A DNA stretch of 47,081 nucleotides, filler included, from Jimgerdemannia flammicorona (Eukaryota): assembly GCA_003990765.1 (NCBI GenBank). It is 2 parts of 2 records of this genome, joined end to end, with 100 filler letters (N's around TTAATTAATTAA, not from the genome) between each part and the next. Parts side by side here need not be neighbours in the genome. Positions count along the whole stretch, not along the records: positions 1 to 23,497 come from RBNJ01001100.1; positions 23,598 to 47,081 come from RBNJ01001101.1. One strand, 5' to 3'. Under the pieces are notes generated by a model. The model was not told where the DNA came from. It worked only from the letters and a program-made list of their open reading frames with translations, and ran no database searches. Of the stretch, positions 12,422 through 23,959 are shown one piece after another. The translations under genes and the position numbers were made by a program. Position 1 is the stretch's first letter. The number at the start of each line of letters is the position of its first letter.

Positions 12422-12824
12422 TGTAATGGTTCTAGTTTCTAAATGAGGAAGTGACTAATTCTGGTGGTTCTAAGTAGCTCGAAGAGATACTAAGAGTTCA
12501 AGTATTCTTGAAGGATTTCTGAGAGAAAATATTCTGAGACTTTATTCATGAGAACAAAGGGGATATTTATACAAGATCTGAAAGAAGGATCCAGAAGGAT
12601 CTGAGAAATCAAAGAAAAATACTGAGAGGAAAGTTCTCAGCAAAGATGACAAATGATGACAAATAAAGTTCTACAAGTTTCTAGGACATTCAGTGACTAG
12701 CTAAATAAGTACTAGAGGATGCTTGGTGCCAAGAAAGGATTTCTAAGCATTCAGAAAGTACTGGAAGGTTGTAGAATATTGAAGAAAGACAAAGAAAAGA
12801 AATAAACTACACTAAAATGTTACA
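12422..12824 (-). repeat. 3' LTR of Gypsy B (403 bp)
   Basis: Direct repeat of 18048-18440, with an extra 10-bp duplication (CCAGAAGGAT). Confidence 0.96.
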
Positions 12825-12837
12825 TCTCTCTCTCCTT
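12825..12837 (-). promoter_or_regulatory. Polypurine tract of Gypsy B
   Basis: AAGGAGAGAGAGA on the minus strand immediately before the 3' LTR. Confidence 0.85.
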
Positions 12838-13169
12838 AAGAATCAACATCCTCATTGAATTCTCAAAGTTACACATAACAAACAATAAGACTAAAAGAAA
12901 CTTCAAATTAAATATATCGACTCATTGGCAAGAATTGGCCATCCTTATATAAGGTGAGGGCCAAAGTATCATCTTGATCAGATGAGAACTGGTTCAAACC
13001 TCATTGGTTGCAGGATTTATAGGGTTCTCCTGTATCTCTTGTTTCTGATGCTATATCCCTTAGAGAGCCCTGATGTGTAATATACCTGATCAGTACAGTA
13101 GGTCATCTACTATCCAAGGGGAGAACCTTACAGGCAGTCAATGAGTTTCTTTTTGCTCGAACTCTTGGA

Positions 13170-16100
13170 TGAGGTCTTGGGAGTTCTTGAGATTGGCAGC
13201 AGGTTCCCAGATGGCATCATATTCAGGATAACCCATCTACTTGACTAGGTATTCTGTGCGACAGTATTGGACTCGCTTGTCTAAGATTTTCTCAACTTCA
13301 TACTCGATGTGGTCTTCAACTATGACTGGTGCTGATGGTGTCGGAATTCGGCCAGGGTATGGAGGTGACTAGTTCCAGGCCTTGAGTTGTGACACATGGA
13401 ATACTGGGTGTATATGCATGGTTGTTGGCAAGTTGAGGCAGTAAGACCAGATAGAGACTTACTCGGTGATCTCAAAGGGTCCAAGGTACTTGGGCTGGAA
13501 TTTGGCTGACTGGTGGTTGACTTGAGATTGAGCCTTGATGTTGTCGGCTTTGAGTAGAACCATATCACCAATGTTGTATATGATATCTCGCCGCTTCTTA
13601 TCTGCATACTTAGCTTGATATTGCTGGGCCTTTTGCAGGTTTGTAGTGGCGATCTTGAGAAGGGAATCCATTTTGTCGATAAGGTTCTGGGCTGTGGGGA
13701 CTTGTGTGTGACTGGATTGCTGAAATTGGACTAGGCTTGCAGGGGTCTTGGGGTTTTGACCGTGAAGTAGCTGAAATGGGGAAAGACCAGTTGATGATTG
13801 GTTGGCATTGTTGTAGGTGAACTCGGCATAGGTCAGATAGTGGTCCCAATCATCTTGCTCATTAGATACATAGTTTTTGAGCATTTGTTCAAGTGTTCTG
13901 TTCATTCATTCTGTCTGTCCATCAGTTTGAGGGTAAAAGGCAGTGGACATAGCAATTTGGGTTCCAAGGGTCTTGAAGAGTGCTTGCCAGAAGTGGCTTG
14001 TGAATTTGGGGTCACGGTCGCTGATAATTACTCGGGGAAGTCCATAATGGCAGAAGATAGTCTTGAAGAAGATTCTGGCAATTTCTGGGGCAGTGGCATT
14101 GGTTGTGGTTGGCTCGGCAATTGTAATCTTAGTGAGATAGTCCACAAATACAACAATAGCATCATAGCCTGTTTTGGTTCGTGGGAGTTGCACAATGAAG
14201 TCCATTGAGACTTGTTTGAACTTCTTGGTTAGAATTGATAAGGGTTGTAGAAGACTGGCAGGTGCTTGGTTGCTTGACTTGTTTCTTTGGCAAAGATCAC
14301 AGCTTTGGATATACTTCTTGATTTTCTTGAGCATGTTTGGCCAGTAGTAGTCTCGTTGGATATTCTTGATGGTTTTCTCCATTCCAAGGTAGCCAGCTAG
14401 TGGGGAGTCATGATGTTCATGAAGAATCTTGTACCGTAGTTCAGGGTTGGCAGGAATATATACTTTGTCTTGATAGTACATGAGGTTGTCCTTGATGGTG
14501 TACTTTTCCTTGAATTCCTTGGTGTTCCTTTGTAGAACCAGAGAGTCTTGTTCATATGCCTTCTTGATCTGGTTGAGGAATTCAGGTACCATGGTGACTT
14601 GTAAAATCGTGGCAAGGTCAGGTCTTCTTGAGAGTGCATCTGGTATAACTAGAGTTTTGCCAGATTTGTAGATAATATTTGGGGTAAAGGTCTGAAGTAG
14701 TTGACTCCACTTGGCTTGTTGGTGAGAGAGGGTTGGTTGAGTGTTGATGTACTGAAGGGACCTGTGATCAGTGATCATGTCAAACTCAACTCCTTCTAGA
14801 TAGTGTCACCAGGTCTTGAGGGTATGCATGATTGCCAGGAGTTCCTTTTCATGAGTAGCCAGCTTTTGTTCTGCTGGGGACAATTTTCTTGACTCAAAAG
14901 CAATAGGTCAGTGTCCTTGATCATCATCTTGAGAAATGACCGCACCAATGGCAAAGTTAGATACATCTGTAGTGACTGTGAACTTCAAGTTTGGGTCCAT
15001 ATTTCTAAGGACAGGTGCATGGGTCAGGCAGTTCTTGAGTTCTTGAAAAGCTTGTTGACAGAAAGCATCCCAGATGTAGGGAACATAGAGGTCAGAGTTG
15101 GGTTCCTTTCACAGGAGATTTGTCAAAGATTCTGCGATGCCAGAGAAGTTCTTGACAAATTAACGGTAGTATCCGGCCAGACCAAGAAAGGACCTGAGTT
15201 CAGTGAGGTTTGCTGGTACAGGCCACTGTTCAATGGCTTGTATTTTCCTTGGGTCTACTTGAATTCCTTTGGCTGATACAATGTGTCTAAGGTATTCAAA
15301 TTGATCCTTGAAAAATTCACATTTCTTGAGCTTTGCATAGAGCTTGTTCTCATGGAGGATCTTGAGGACTTGTTCAATATGCTTGAGGTGTTCTTCTTCA
15401 GTACTACTGAAGATCAGGATATCATCAATGTATACAAGTACAAAGATATAGAGCTGGTCCTTGAAGACAGTCTGCATGAGATCTTGAAAGGTTGCTGGTA
15501 TATTGATGAGACCAAAGGCCATGACTAATAATTCGTAGAGTCCAAAAGGTGTCATGAAGGCAGTCTTGGGTATGTCTTCTGGCTTGATTCGAATTTGGTA
15601 ATACCCAGAGGTGAGATCAATCTTGGTGAAGTACTTGACATTCTTGAGAGCATCAAAGATTTGATCTATGAGCAGTAGCAGATAATGGTTCTTGACTATG
15701 ATCTTGTTGAGTGCACAGTAGTCTATACACATTCACAGAGTATCATCCTTTTTCTTGACAAATAGGACTGGGGAACCAAAGGGTGACTCGCTTGGCTGAA
15801 TGGCTCCTCGCTCAATGAGTTCATTGAGTTCCTTCTTGACTGCTTCAATTTTGAGTAGAGACATGCGGTACATTTTCTTCTTAGGTATAGCTGCATCAGG
15901 TACCAACTTGATTTCGTGGTCATGGTCTCTTGAGGGTGGTAGGCCAGGTAGTTTGTCTGGAAAGACATCCTTGTACTTGTTTAGCAGTAATTTGACACTT
16001 TCACTGATAGATAGCTTCTTGTCTTCTTTCTTTGATCGGATCAGTGCCACAAAGACACAGGTAGCTTTCTTGAGGGCCTTCTTGAACTGAATTGCTGAAA

Positions 16101-16500
16101 GGGTAGCAATTGGGGTTCTCATCTGAGTCTTGTCTGACTTGATAGTAATATTGGCTCCATCCTGAATCAAGGTGACTTCATTCTTGGTCCAATCAATCTG
16201 AGAGTTGTGCCATATAAGCCAGAGTTTGCCTAGGATCAGGTCATGGTCTCCTAGTGATACTACCTCGAAATCTAAACATTCCCAGTACTTCTGGATCTTG
16301 AGGGGAAGTTTAGTGGCAATTGAGTCAATTGGTAAGGTGGTGCCATCTGCAGTGACAACTCCACCATTCTTGCCAGCTGGTTTGGTGAGAATCTTGAGCT
16401 TGTCGATGAGGTTCTTGTTGATGAAGTTCCCAACAGCTCCACTGTCTATGAGAATATCTAGCTCTTGTCCCTTGACTAGACCTTTGAAGATGAGTATTGA
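13170..16500 (-). pseudogene. Gypsy B pol: protease, RT, RNase H, integrase, chromodomain
   Basis: LIDSGAVGNF; FGSPVLFVKKKD; VYIDDILIFS; HDSPLAGYLG..CDLCQ, VSMDFI, SDRDPKF, PQTDGQTE; YLGPF; EYEVEKILD..EYLVK*MGYP..DAIWEP. Confidence 0.94.
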
Positions 16501-16529
16501 ATTGGCTCAGTTCTCAGCTATACTTGCAA

Positions 16530-16930
16530 CTTTGTCAGTGCTGCCAAAGCCTTTCTGATCTTGCTTGGTTGGAGATAGCTTGGTGACTTCTTTGATGACT
16601 GGTAGAGTAGCTTGCTCCAGAATGAGCTGTGCAATTCTGTCTCCTTCATTGACAGTATATGGTTGGTTCTTGTGGTTGACTAGCAGGACTTGTATTTCAC
16701 CTCAGAAGTCAGGGTCAATGACTCCAGCACCAACATTCAATGAGTGCTTGAAACTGAGGCCAGATCTTGGTGCAATCCTTGCATAATGTTCCTTGGGGAT
16801 TTCGACTGAAAGGCCAGTTGGAATGAGCCTTCTTTCATGTGCCAGAATAGTGACTTGTTGTACTGCTTGAAGGTCTAAACCAATGGCTCCTTCTGACTAT
16901 ACTTGAGGGATCTGGGCCTTGGGGTTGACT
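16530..16930 (-). pseudogene. dut: Trimeric dUTPase domain within the Gypsy B polyprotein
   Basis: Manual translation: AIGLDLQA, PTGLSVEIP, ARIAPRSGLS, GAGVIDPDF*GEI, GDRIAQL, KGFGST. Confidence 0.92.
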
Positions 16931-17990
16931 CATATGAAATTGAGTACAACTTCTTGTTCAACTGATTGACCTTGAGTGTCTTTGGACAGGACCAGGATCC
17001 TCTTTGGTTCAGCAGTTTTCTTGGGACATTTGGTTGCAATGTGACCAGGCTGATGGCAAAAGAAGCAGGCTCCAGCCTTCTTGAGGTACTCCTTTTCCTC
17101 AGGTGTAAGCTTGCCTTTCTTGCTCTTGTCGATGGTGTCTAGGTCCATGGGGGCAAGTCCAACAGTTCTGACTTTGGGTTCCTCCCTTCTGTGGTTGTTG
17201 TTGTTGTTGAAAGGTGGTCTCTTCTGTTCAAAGCGGTGACCATAGGTGATGACATCAAACCTATCAGTAATTTTCATTGTTGTATCTAGGTCCTTGGGTT
17301 CTTCTAGTTCAACATGAACTCAAGTTTGACCTTTCAGGCCTTGGATGTACTTGTCGACCTTCTCGTCTTCAGTGACATGTGGTAGTTCAAGCAGGATTGA
17401 CAGGAATTGTGCATTATATGCTTGCACAGACTTGAGTTGTTTGACATTTGCCAGATGGTCTCACACAGTCTTAGTGCTGTTGACTGGTTTGAATTGGCCT
17501 TGAATAGCATCAGCAAATTCACTCCAGGTCTTGATTCGGCCAGAGAATCTGGTATTCTGGACATGATTTCACCACCAGATTGCAGCATTCCCTTGGAGGA
17601 GTGTGGTAGTGAATTGGACTAGTGTTGCTTCTTCCAAATTGATCAGTTCTCCATATTGCTCCAATTGGAAAAGCCAGGCATCAGTAGACAGTTCTCCTCT
17701 TTGACCATCAAAGGTGTCAGGCTTCTGAGACTTGATAGTGACTGCTGTCAGATGTATTGATGTCAGTGGAGGTGCAGAGGTATGAGCAGAGGCCTTGCTT
17801 TCCTTTCTTTCTATGCATTCTTGAAGTTGGGCAATCTGAGCTAATGTGGTCTACAAGAGACTCTCGATGGCCCCATTTGACTGAGTAGGGTTTTGCTGTT
17901 CCTCTTCTTCTTGCTAATTGTATGAGACATTGCCTGGACTGTAGGTACTGTATGAAGGGTTCTACCCATTGTCCTCCATAGTGTTGTGAC
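16930..17990 (-). pseudogene. Gypsy B gag with CCHC zinc knuckle
   Basis: APMDLD..KGKLTPEEKEYLKKAGACFFCHQPGHIATKCP, typical of chromovirus gag. Confidence 0.85.
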
Positions 17991-18033
17991 TGATATCTTG
18001 AGAGGTGTCTTGATAAGACTAGGTGTAACTTCA

Positions 18034-18045
18034 CTGCTGCTACCA
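18034..18045 (-). promoter_or_regulatory. Primer binding site of Gypsy B, probably initiator tRNA-Met
   Basis: TGGTAGCAGCAG 2 nt after the 5' LTR. Confidence 0.75.
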
Positions 18046-18047
18046 AG

Positions 18048-18440
18048 TGTAATGGTTCTAGTTTCTAAATGAGGAAGTGACTAATTCTGATGGTTTTAAG
18101 TAGCTCGAAGAGATACTAAGAGTTCAAGTGTTCTCGAAGGATTTTTGAGAGAAAATATTCTGAGACTTTATTTATGAGAATAAAGGGGATATTTATACAA
18201 GATCTGAAAGAAGGATCTGAGAAATCAAAGAAAAATGCCAAGAGGAAAGTTCTCGACAAAGATGACAAATGATGACAAATAAAGTTCTACAAGTTTCCAG
18301 AATATTCAGTAACTAGCTAAATAAGTACTAGAGGATGCTTGGCACCAAGAAAGGATTTCTAAGCATTCGGAAAGTACTGGAAGGTTGTAGAATATTGAAG
18401 AAAGACAAAGAAAAGAAATAAACTACACTAAAATGTTACA
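18048..18440 (-). repeat. 5' LTR of Gypsy B (393 bp)
   Basis: Direct repeat of 12422-12824. Confidence 0.96.
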
Positions 18441-18998
18441 ATGTCCCTGAGGAGGAGTGGGATGAGGCTGCCAGTGTAGGGGCTGACACTATGATGTTGG
18501 ACACAGGGTGGCCAGGGACTCCAGAAGGGAAGGAGGTGGGGAACTTGTTGTAGATAAGCAAGGTGATGGATAATCTTGTGGCAGAGGTATTGGGAGAGGT
18601 GGACTTGCAGGTAATATCTGAGGAGCATTGGGTGCAGATTCTGTGTGGCGACGGAGTGGTGGAAGTACTGAAGGGGGAGATTCTTGCAATCTTCCTAGAG
18701 GAGGAGGGGTATGAGGTTGATGAGGCAAGGAAGGCAGAGCTGGTGGTGGTCACTGGTGAGCAGGTGGCCTACTGTTGGGCAGAGCATCATGGTTTGCAGC
18801 TCTGGCAGGAGGCCTGTCTGAAGTATCATGAGGACTTTGAGGAGAGGGAAGATGGGGCTATGGTAGAACTTCTGGAAGGGTTGGAGGTAAGAGAGACAGG
18901 CAAAAGAGAGCTAGCTGCTGAACATGACTTGGACTTGGGGCAGGAGGAGCTGAATGCAGACTTGTAGGGGATGGGATTACTACATAACATTTTTTCTT

Positions 18999-21900
18999 AT
19001 GAACAGTACAACCAATATTTTCTCTCTGAACGTGAATGGATTGAGGGGTGCAGGGCAGTGTAAGAACATTTTTACTTGGCTCAAGGGATTAGAGGCTGAT
19101 CTCTTTTTACTACAGGACATACAATGTGAGGATGAGGACAATTGGGCAGACTGGACTAGGGAATGGGGGGGGGCTACTGCTTGGTTTGGAAAAGTGGCGA
19201 TTCTGGTGAGAAAGAGTAGAGGTGATTTGGAGGGAATCAGGAGCTGGGGGGATTGATTGGTTTGGGGAGATTGGCATCGGCCAGGATGGGAGTCAGTGAG
19301 AGTTGGCTCTTGCTACTGTCCAGCAGTGAGGGGCGAGAGGATTGCATGGATTAAGGAGCTGTTGGAGGAGAATATACTCTTGGAGGAAGGGGTCAATGTT
19401 CTCAGTGGGGACTTTAATATGGTTCGGGATCAGCTTCTTGACAGAACTGATGGTGGGAGAAATGTAGGGGGGAGAAGTGGAGGACTGGATGTTTGGGAGG
19501 AGGTGGAGAACTTGAGCTCCTTAGGGGATATGAGCAGAATACAGTAAGGCAATACTAGGGTCTACACACATTGAGTGAATGGCCTGAGCACTAGGATTGA
19601 CTGGATTTTGATGGCAGAGTGTTGGGGTTTTGATGTTTGGAGGATATTGGAGGTGGAGTGGTGCTCATGGTCTGATCACTGGAGACTTTTGGGGCAGGGG
19701 CAGTTTGGGGGGAGCAGAGATGGACCCAGACATTGGCGCCTTAACTCCTCCCTACTGGCCGAGAAGGGGTTATGGGACTCTTGGGCAGAGGACATTCAGG
19801 CTAAGATCTGTACCTGGAGGCATGAGGGTTGGTCTGTAGGGGTCCATTGGATGAGATTGAAAGAGGCTATGAGGGTTTACTGGGGAGAAGCTGGTAGAGA
19901 TGCGGGGAGATAGAGGAGGAAGCGCACTAGGTGTGCTACCAGCAGGCTGAGGAGATTGCATATGGATTGGGCAGAATTGCTTACTTTGGATGGGGTTGAG
20001 GATTGGCAGATAGAGTGGGCAAAATTGGAGATAGTGGAACTGCAACAGATGTTGAGAGAGGAGGAGGAGACTCATATGCAAGGTATGGCTACTAGGCTAT
20101 GGTGGCAGGGACTTGAGGAGAGTGAGCAGCCTACTAGGTACTTATCAAGACTCCTCAAAGCTAGGAGAGTGTGACATCAGTGGAATGAGGTTCTAGATGC
20201 TGATGGGGATATGGTGTATGAGACACAACAAATCTTAGGGATTCTGAAGGTGAGATGGCAGGGTTTGTGGAGTGAGGAAGAAGGGAGTGCTGATGAGGTG
20301 GCAATTGTGGACACACTTGAGGAGTGGGGGCCACCGCAAGTAGACAGACTGGGTGACTTGATCTTACCAGTGCAAGGAGAGGAGATCCAGAGTATCCTTG
20401 TAGCAACTAAACTTGGAATAGCACCAGGGGAGGATGGATTACTGTGGGACTTCTGGAAGAAGATGGTGAAGGTCCCTGGAGTATTGGGTGAGATGGCTGC
20501 TCTCTGTAACCATATTCTTCAGAGTGGCGAGTGGGTGGGAGAGCAGGACCTTGGGCTAGTGGCCTTATTGTACAAAGATAAGGGGAGGAGGGAGAACTGA
20601 AAGAACTGGAGACCGATCATGCTTCTGGATATAGATAGGAAGCTGGTGACTAAGGTGATTGTTGTGAGGCTGTAGAAAGTTGCCCAACAGGTGCTAGGGG
20701 AGGAGCAGCAGGGCTTTGTTGGAGGCAGACTTATAAGAGATGGGACTGCATGGGTGCATGGGATCATTGATGGGGCCTGGGCTTGTGGACTAGATAGAAG
20801 GTTGGTCTTTTTGGACTAAGAGAAGGCCTATAACCACATATGGCATGTTTGGCTGGGTAAGGTTTTGGATCATATTGGTGTTCTCCCAAGATTTCGGGCT
20901 TCTATATTGAACTTGCTGGAGAGCAGTCGGGCGGTGCTGATGTGTAATAGTCACTGTGGTCTGGCATTTTCCTTGGAGAGAGGAGTGCCTCAGGGGGACC
21001 CTCTGTCCCCTATCCTCTATACTCTTTCATTGGAGCTGCTGATGGATAGGATTCGCCAGAAGGTGGCAGGGCTCTCTATATATGGTATAGTGTGGAAGGT
21101 GGGGGCCTTTGCTGATGATATAATGGTTGGACTTGGGTCTGTGGCAGATGTTGAGACACTTAGGGAGACAGTGGAATGGTATGAGGCTCATTCTGGGGCA
21201 AAACTCAACTGGCATAAATGTGAGACAATGGTGCTTGGGAATGGACTAGTGGGTGGAGACATTATTGGAACAATAGTCCCTACTGGTGAGGTTGTGTGGT
21301 ATCTGGGTATCTTTCTTTCTGTGTATGGTTCTGTCTTGCCACGAGTGTAGTGGGAGAGCAGAGTGACCATTTGGGGGGAGGCCCTTCGAGGTTGGGGAGG
21401 CTGCCATATTTCTCTGGTAGGGCAGGTAACAATTCTGAATGTATACTGGTTCCCCAAGCTGTGGTACATGGCCTATCACCTAGACTTCCTGGCTTGGGTG
21501 GTGAAGAGGCTGATGAAAGTGGCTAGAGATTGGATTTGAGCAGGGAGGAGGTCCCAGATCAGTTGGGATACTCTTGCAACACCAGTGGTCAGGGGAGGTC
21601 TTGGCCTTGTGGATTTCCCTAAGAGGTTGCACTGCTTGCAAGCCAGGTGGTTGAAGAGAGCTGCTGAACTGCAGAGAGGGGGTTGGGTGCCTCTGCTACA
21701 GAAGGTGTGAGAGATGAGAACCTCCCCCCGAGTGTAATAACTCTCACTTCTACCCCTCTCTTATCCTTTGGATAATTAGGGAAGTGGACTATTACTTAGG
21801 GACTTAGTACACAATGTGTACCAAGAAGCCTTCAGTTTGAGGAAGCACTCGCTTATAAGTAGTTATAGTAGTAGTGCCTTATCTTTCAAAGGTCTTTCTC

Positions 21901-23450
21901 TTGTGCCCTATTTCGAGGGTCTTGTTCTTTGCTGTGCACAGACTAAGTTCACCTTGGAATTCAGGTTCAATGGGTTTACTTAAGTCTTTGGGGATTTATA
22001 TACCAGTCTCAGTTCTGGCAGAAGTTAGCTAGACTTCTGGAGTTTAGTCAGAAACACTAGAGTCACTTAGGTGTCATTACTAAGACTTAGGGGAATGTGT
22101 ATGTATGGGGGGGGACTTGATTCTTGTATCAAGGACTGAACTAAAACTCCTTTATTTCAGATGGAAACTGGGGGGTATTTATACAAGTTGGTCTGCGATT
22201 TCTGACTAAGTATGAGTGACTAATTTGGTAACTATAATGAGGTTTGTGATCGTGACCTTTGTCAGGTGGTTTTTGGTAAAGAATATCTTTGTGATCAGGA
22301 CCTCAATTACTAGGCAATGATCAGCAGCTGTGGTAACTGTTGCTGCAGTGCCAGTTGTCAGGGATAAGCTAAATATTGTTTTCTGTGTTGTTTATTTGCA
22401 TCATTCGTTCGTTTGTCACTCATTATTCATATGCCATGCTCGATCATATGATGACATCATCGCTGGGTCATGTGATCATTCATGATCACTCATCGCGTCC
22501 CATCTGTTCACTCATTCGTTCTATTACACTGAGGGTCCTCGGGTGATCTGCTCTCTCTGGTCAGGTTGAATGGAATTCGGCAGCTGCAGTTTAAGGGCTT
22601 TTGGTGGGGAGTGGTGGATGGAGTACACTGGATTGGCCTGTGCTGGCAAGGCAATGAGGGGGAGATGATGTGGGGGCCTAGTATGTGGTGATGGGAGAGT
22701 CTGCTCCTGGGGGGTGTTCTACTAATTTTGTTTGATATTGGAGATGGAGTAGAGTATCAGCAGAGTCTTGGTCAGGATCTTTGGCCAAGTGGCTGGCAGG
22801 TGGCAGGGATTGGCAAGGAGTGGGACTGGGCAGGTATCTGGACATAGAGTGCAGAGGTGCAGAGGTGGCTTCCTCCCAAGTTCTGGGTGGTATGGTGGAG
22901 AATTCTGTGGAGGAATGTCATGTTGAATTTCTGTACTGGATATCTAGTGGATGGTGGCCATTTCAATTGTGAGGAGTACTATGATGTTGGGCAAGCTGAG
23001 GGTTATGTGCAGATGCCAGAACATTGGTTGAGAGAGTGTGAGGTTTTGGGGGAATTTTGGATAGAAATAGGGAATAGACAGGGTGTGGGGTATAGGCTAG
23101 CAGGGGAGGGGGGCTGCTGGGAGGACTTGAGATCTCGGCTTGTGGGTGGGGTGAGTGATAGCTAGCTCACTGTAGGGTAGGTGTTAGCAGTGTGGGTGGG
23201 ACTGGCAGGACATTGGCTTTTTGTATTTAAGGAGGGATGGTATTTGGAGCTGTAGGAGAAGGTATCAAGGTGGGAGGAGCTATTGGGGGATCTGCTGACA
23301 GGATGGTGGATGGGTTGGAGTCCTCAGGGGGGGCAACAGTGTAGTTTAGTGGTAAGGATCTGTGAGCAGAGTGGTGGGAGGGTGGAGATTGTGTTAGACA
23401 AAGTAGTCTTTCATTGGGAAGAGGTGGGAGGGGGGGACCCCCCTAGGGGA
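18999..23450 (+). pseudogene. LINE copy 2 ORF2 (endonuclease + RT), disrupted and split by a solo LTR
   Basis: MNSTTNIFSLNVNGL, SGDFN, SDH, WRLNSSLL, APGEDGL, RGVPQGDPLSPILY, FADD, YLGI; 3' boundary approximate. Confidence 0.9.
21733..22528 (-). mobile_element. Solo LTR of the Gypsy A family
   Basis: Reverse complement of 3361-4150, TGTAATA...TATTACA termini, TSD CCGAG/CTGAG (one CpG transition). Confidence 0.94.
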
Positions 23451-23497
23451 ATCAGATAGGGGGTGGGATCACTGTATTTATATGGGATAAATGGAAA

Positions 23498-23597
23498 NNN
23501 NNNNNNNNNNNNNNNNNNNNNNNNNNNNNNNNNNNNNNNNNTTAATTAATTAANNNNNNNNNNNNNNNNNNNNNNNNNNNNNNNNNNNNNNNNNNNN
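23498..23597. other. Artificial contig-joining linker
   Basis: 44 N + TTAATTAATTAA (stops in six frames) + 44 N = exactly 100 nt. Confidence 0.93.
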
Positions 23598-23916
23598 CCG
23601 GTCCACCACGAGTGCCCAACGGCCAGCCCCCACCCCTCAGCGTGTCCGCAAAGCTCCTCCCCTGCTTCTCCCCAGCCCCCCCTCCAGTGCCACTTCCACT
23701 GCCGGAGCCACCCTGTCCACTCGAGCCACCGAAGGACCCCATCCCCAATCCATGCCCTCTCCCGACAGTCTGCCAGTCGAAGGCCCCAGGTCCACCCGAC
23801 CTAGTACGCGTGTCGGCTTGCTTGCTGGTTGACATTGCCTTAGTATCTTTCTCCAATAAAAGCTTCGAAAGTGTGTCGAAAAGTATGTGTAACGTGAATT
23901 GTAGTGGAGAGAGATG
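23598..23916 (-). mobile_element. 5' end of LINE copy 3 (same family; 5' UTR and ORF1 start)
   Basis: MSTSKQADTRTRSGGPGAFDWQ matches ORF1 of copy 2; 5' UTR homology ends at the same CAT. Confidence 0.9.
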
Positions 23917-23959
23917 GTAATATATCAGCTCAATAAAGATAAATTACAAGATTGAGAGT

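Larger units (their letters stand above)
12422..18440 (-). mobile_element. Complete Ty3/Gypsy chromovirus B with dUTPase
   Basis: Two near-identical LTRs (TGTAA...TTACA), 5-bp TSD ATGTC (12417-12421 and 18441-18445), PBS, PPT, gag-dUTPase-PR-RT-RH-IN-chromodomain. Confidence 0.96.
10910..18967 (+). pseudogene. LINE ORF1 (Gly-rich N-terminus, RRM-like core, acidic C-terminus), split by Gypsy B into 10910-12421 and 18441-18967
   Basis: MSTSKQAD start shared with copy 3; VQLLVRGVPMVTKEETRRRVEEVMVEYGDVVDIG; stop at 18967 matches copy 1. Confidence 0.82.
10828..23497 (+). mobile_element. Full-length degenerate L1/Tx1-like LINE, copy 2, carrying two LTR insertions
   Basis: 5' end CATTTTTCTCTGCTACAATTCA matches the 5' end at 23916; ORF1 and ORF2 are collinear once the insertions are removed; ends ATAAATGGAAA at the contig end (likely start of poly(A)). 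Confidence 0.92.

Noticed and set aside
12915..13015. tRNA gene
   Set aside because: A/B-box-like words are present, but acceptor and anticodon stems could not be formed.
3361..22528. LTRs at 3361-4150 and 21733-22528 as the two ends of one element
   Set aside because: They are inverted, and the second has its own TSD inside LINE ORF2, so it is a solo LTR.
23598..23916. Missing 5' end of LINE copy 1, closing the nest across the gap
   Set aside because: It lies across an artificial linker and is much less CpG-depleted than copy 1, so there is no support for linkage.
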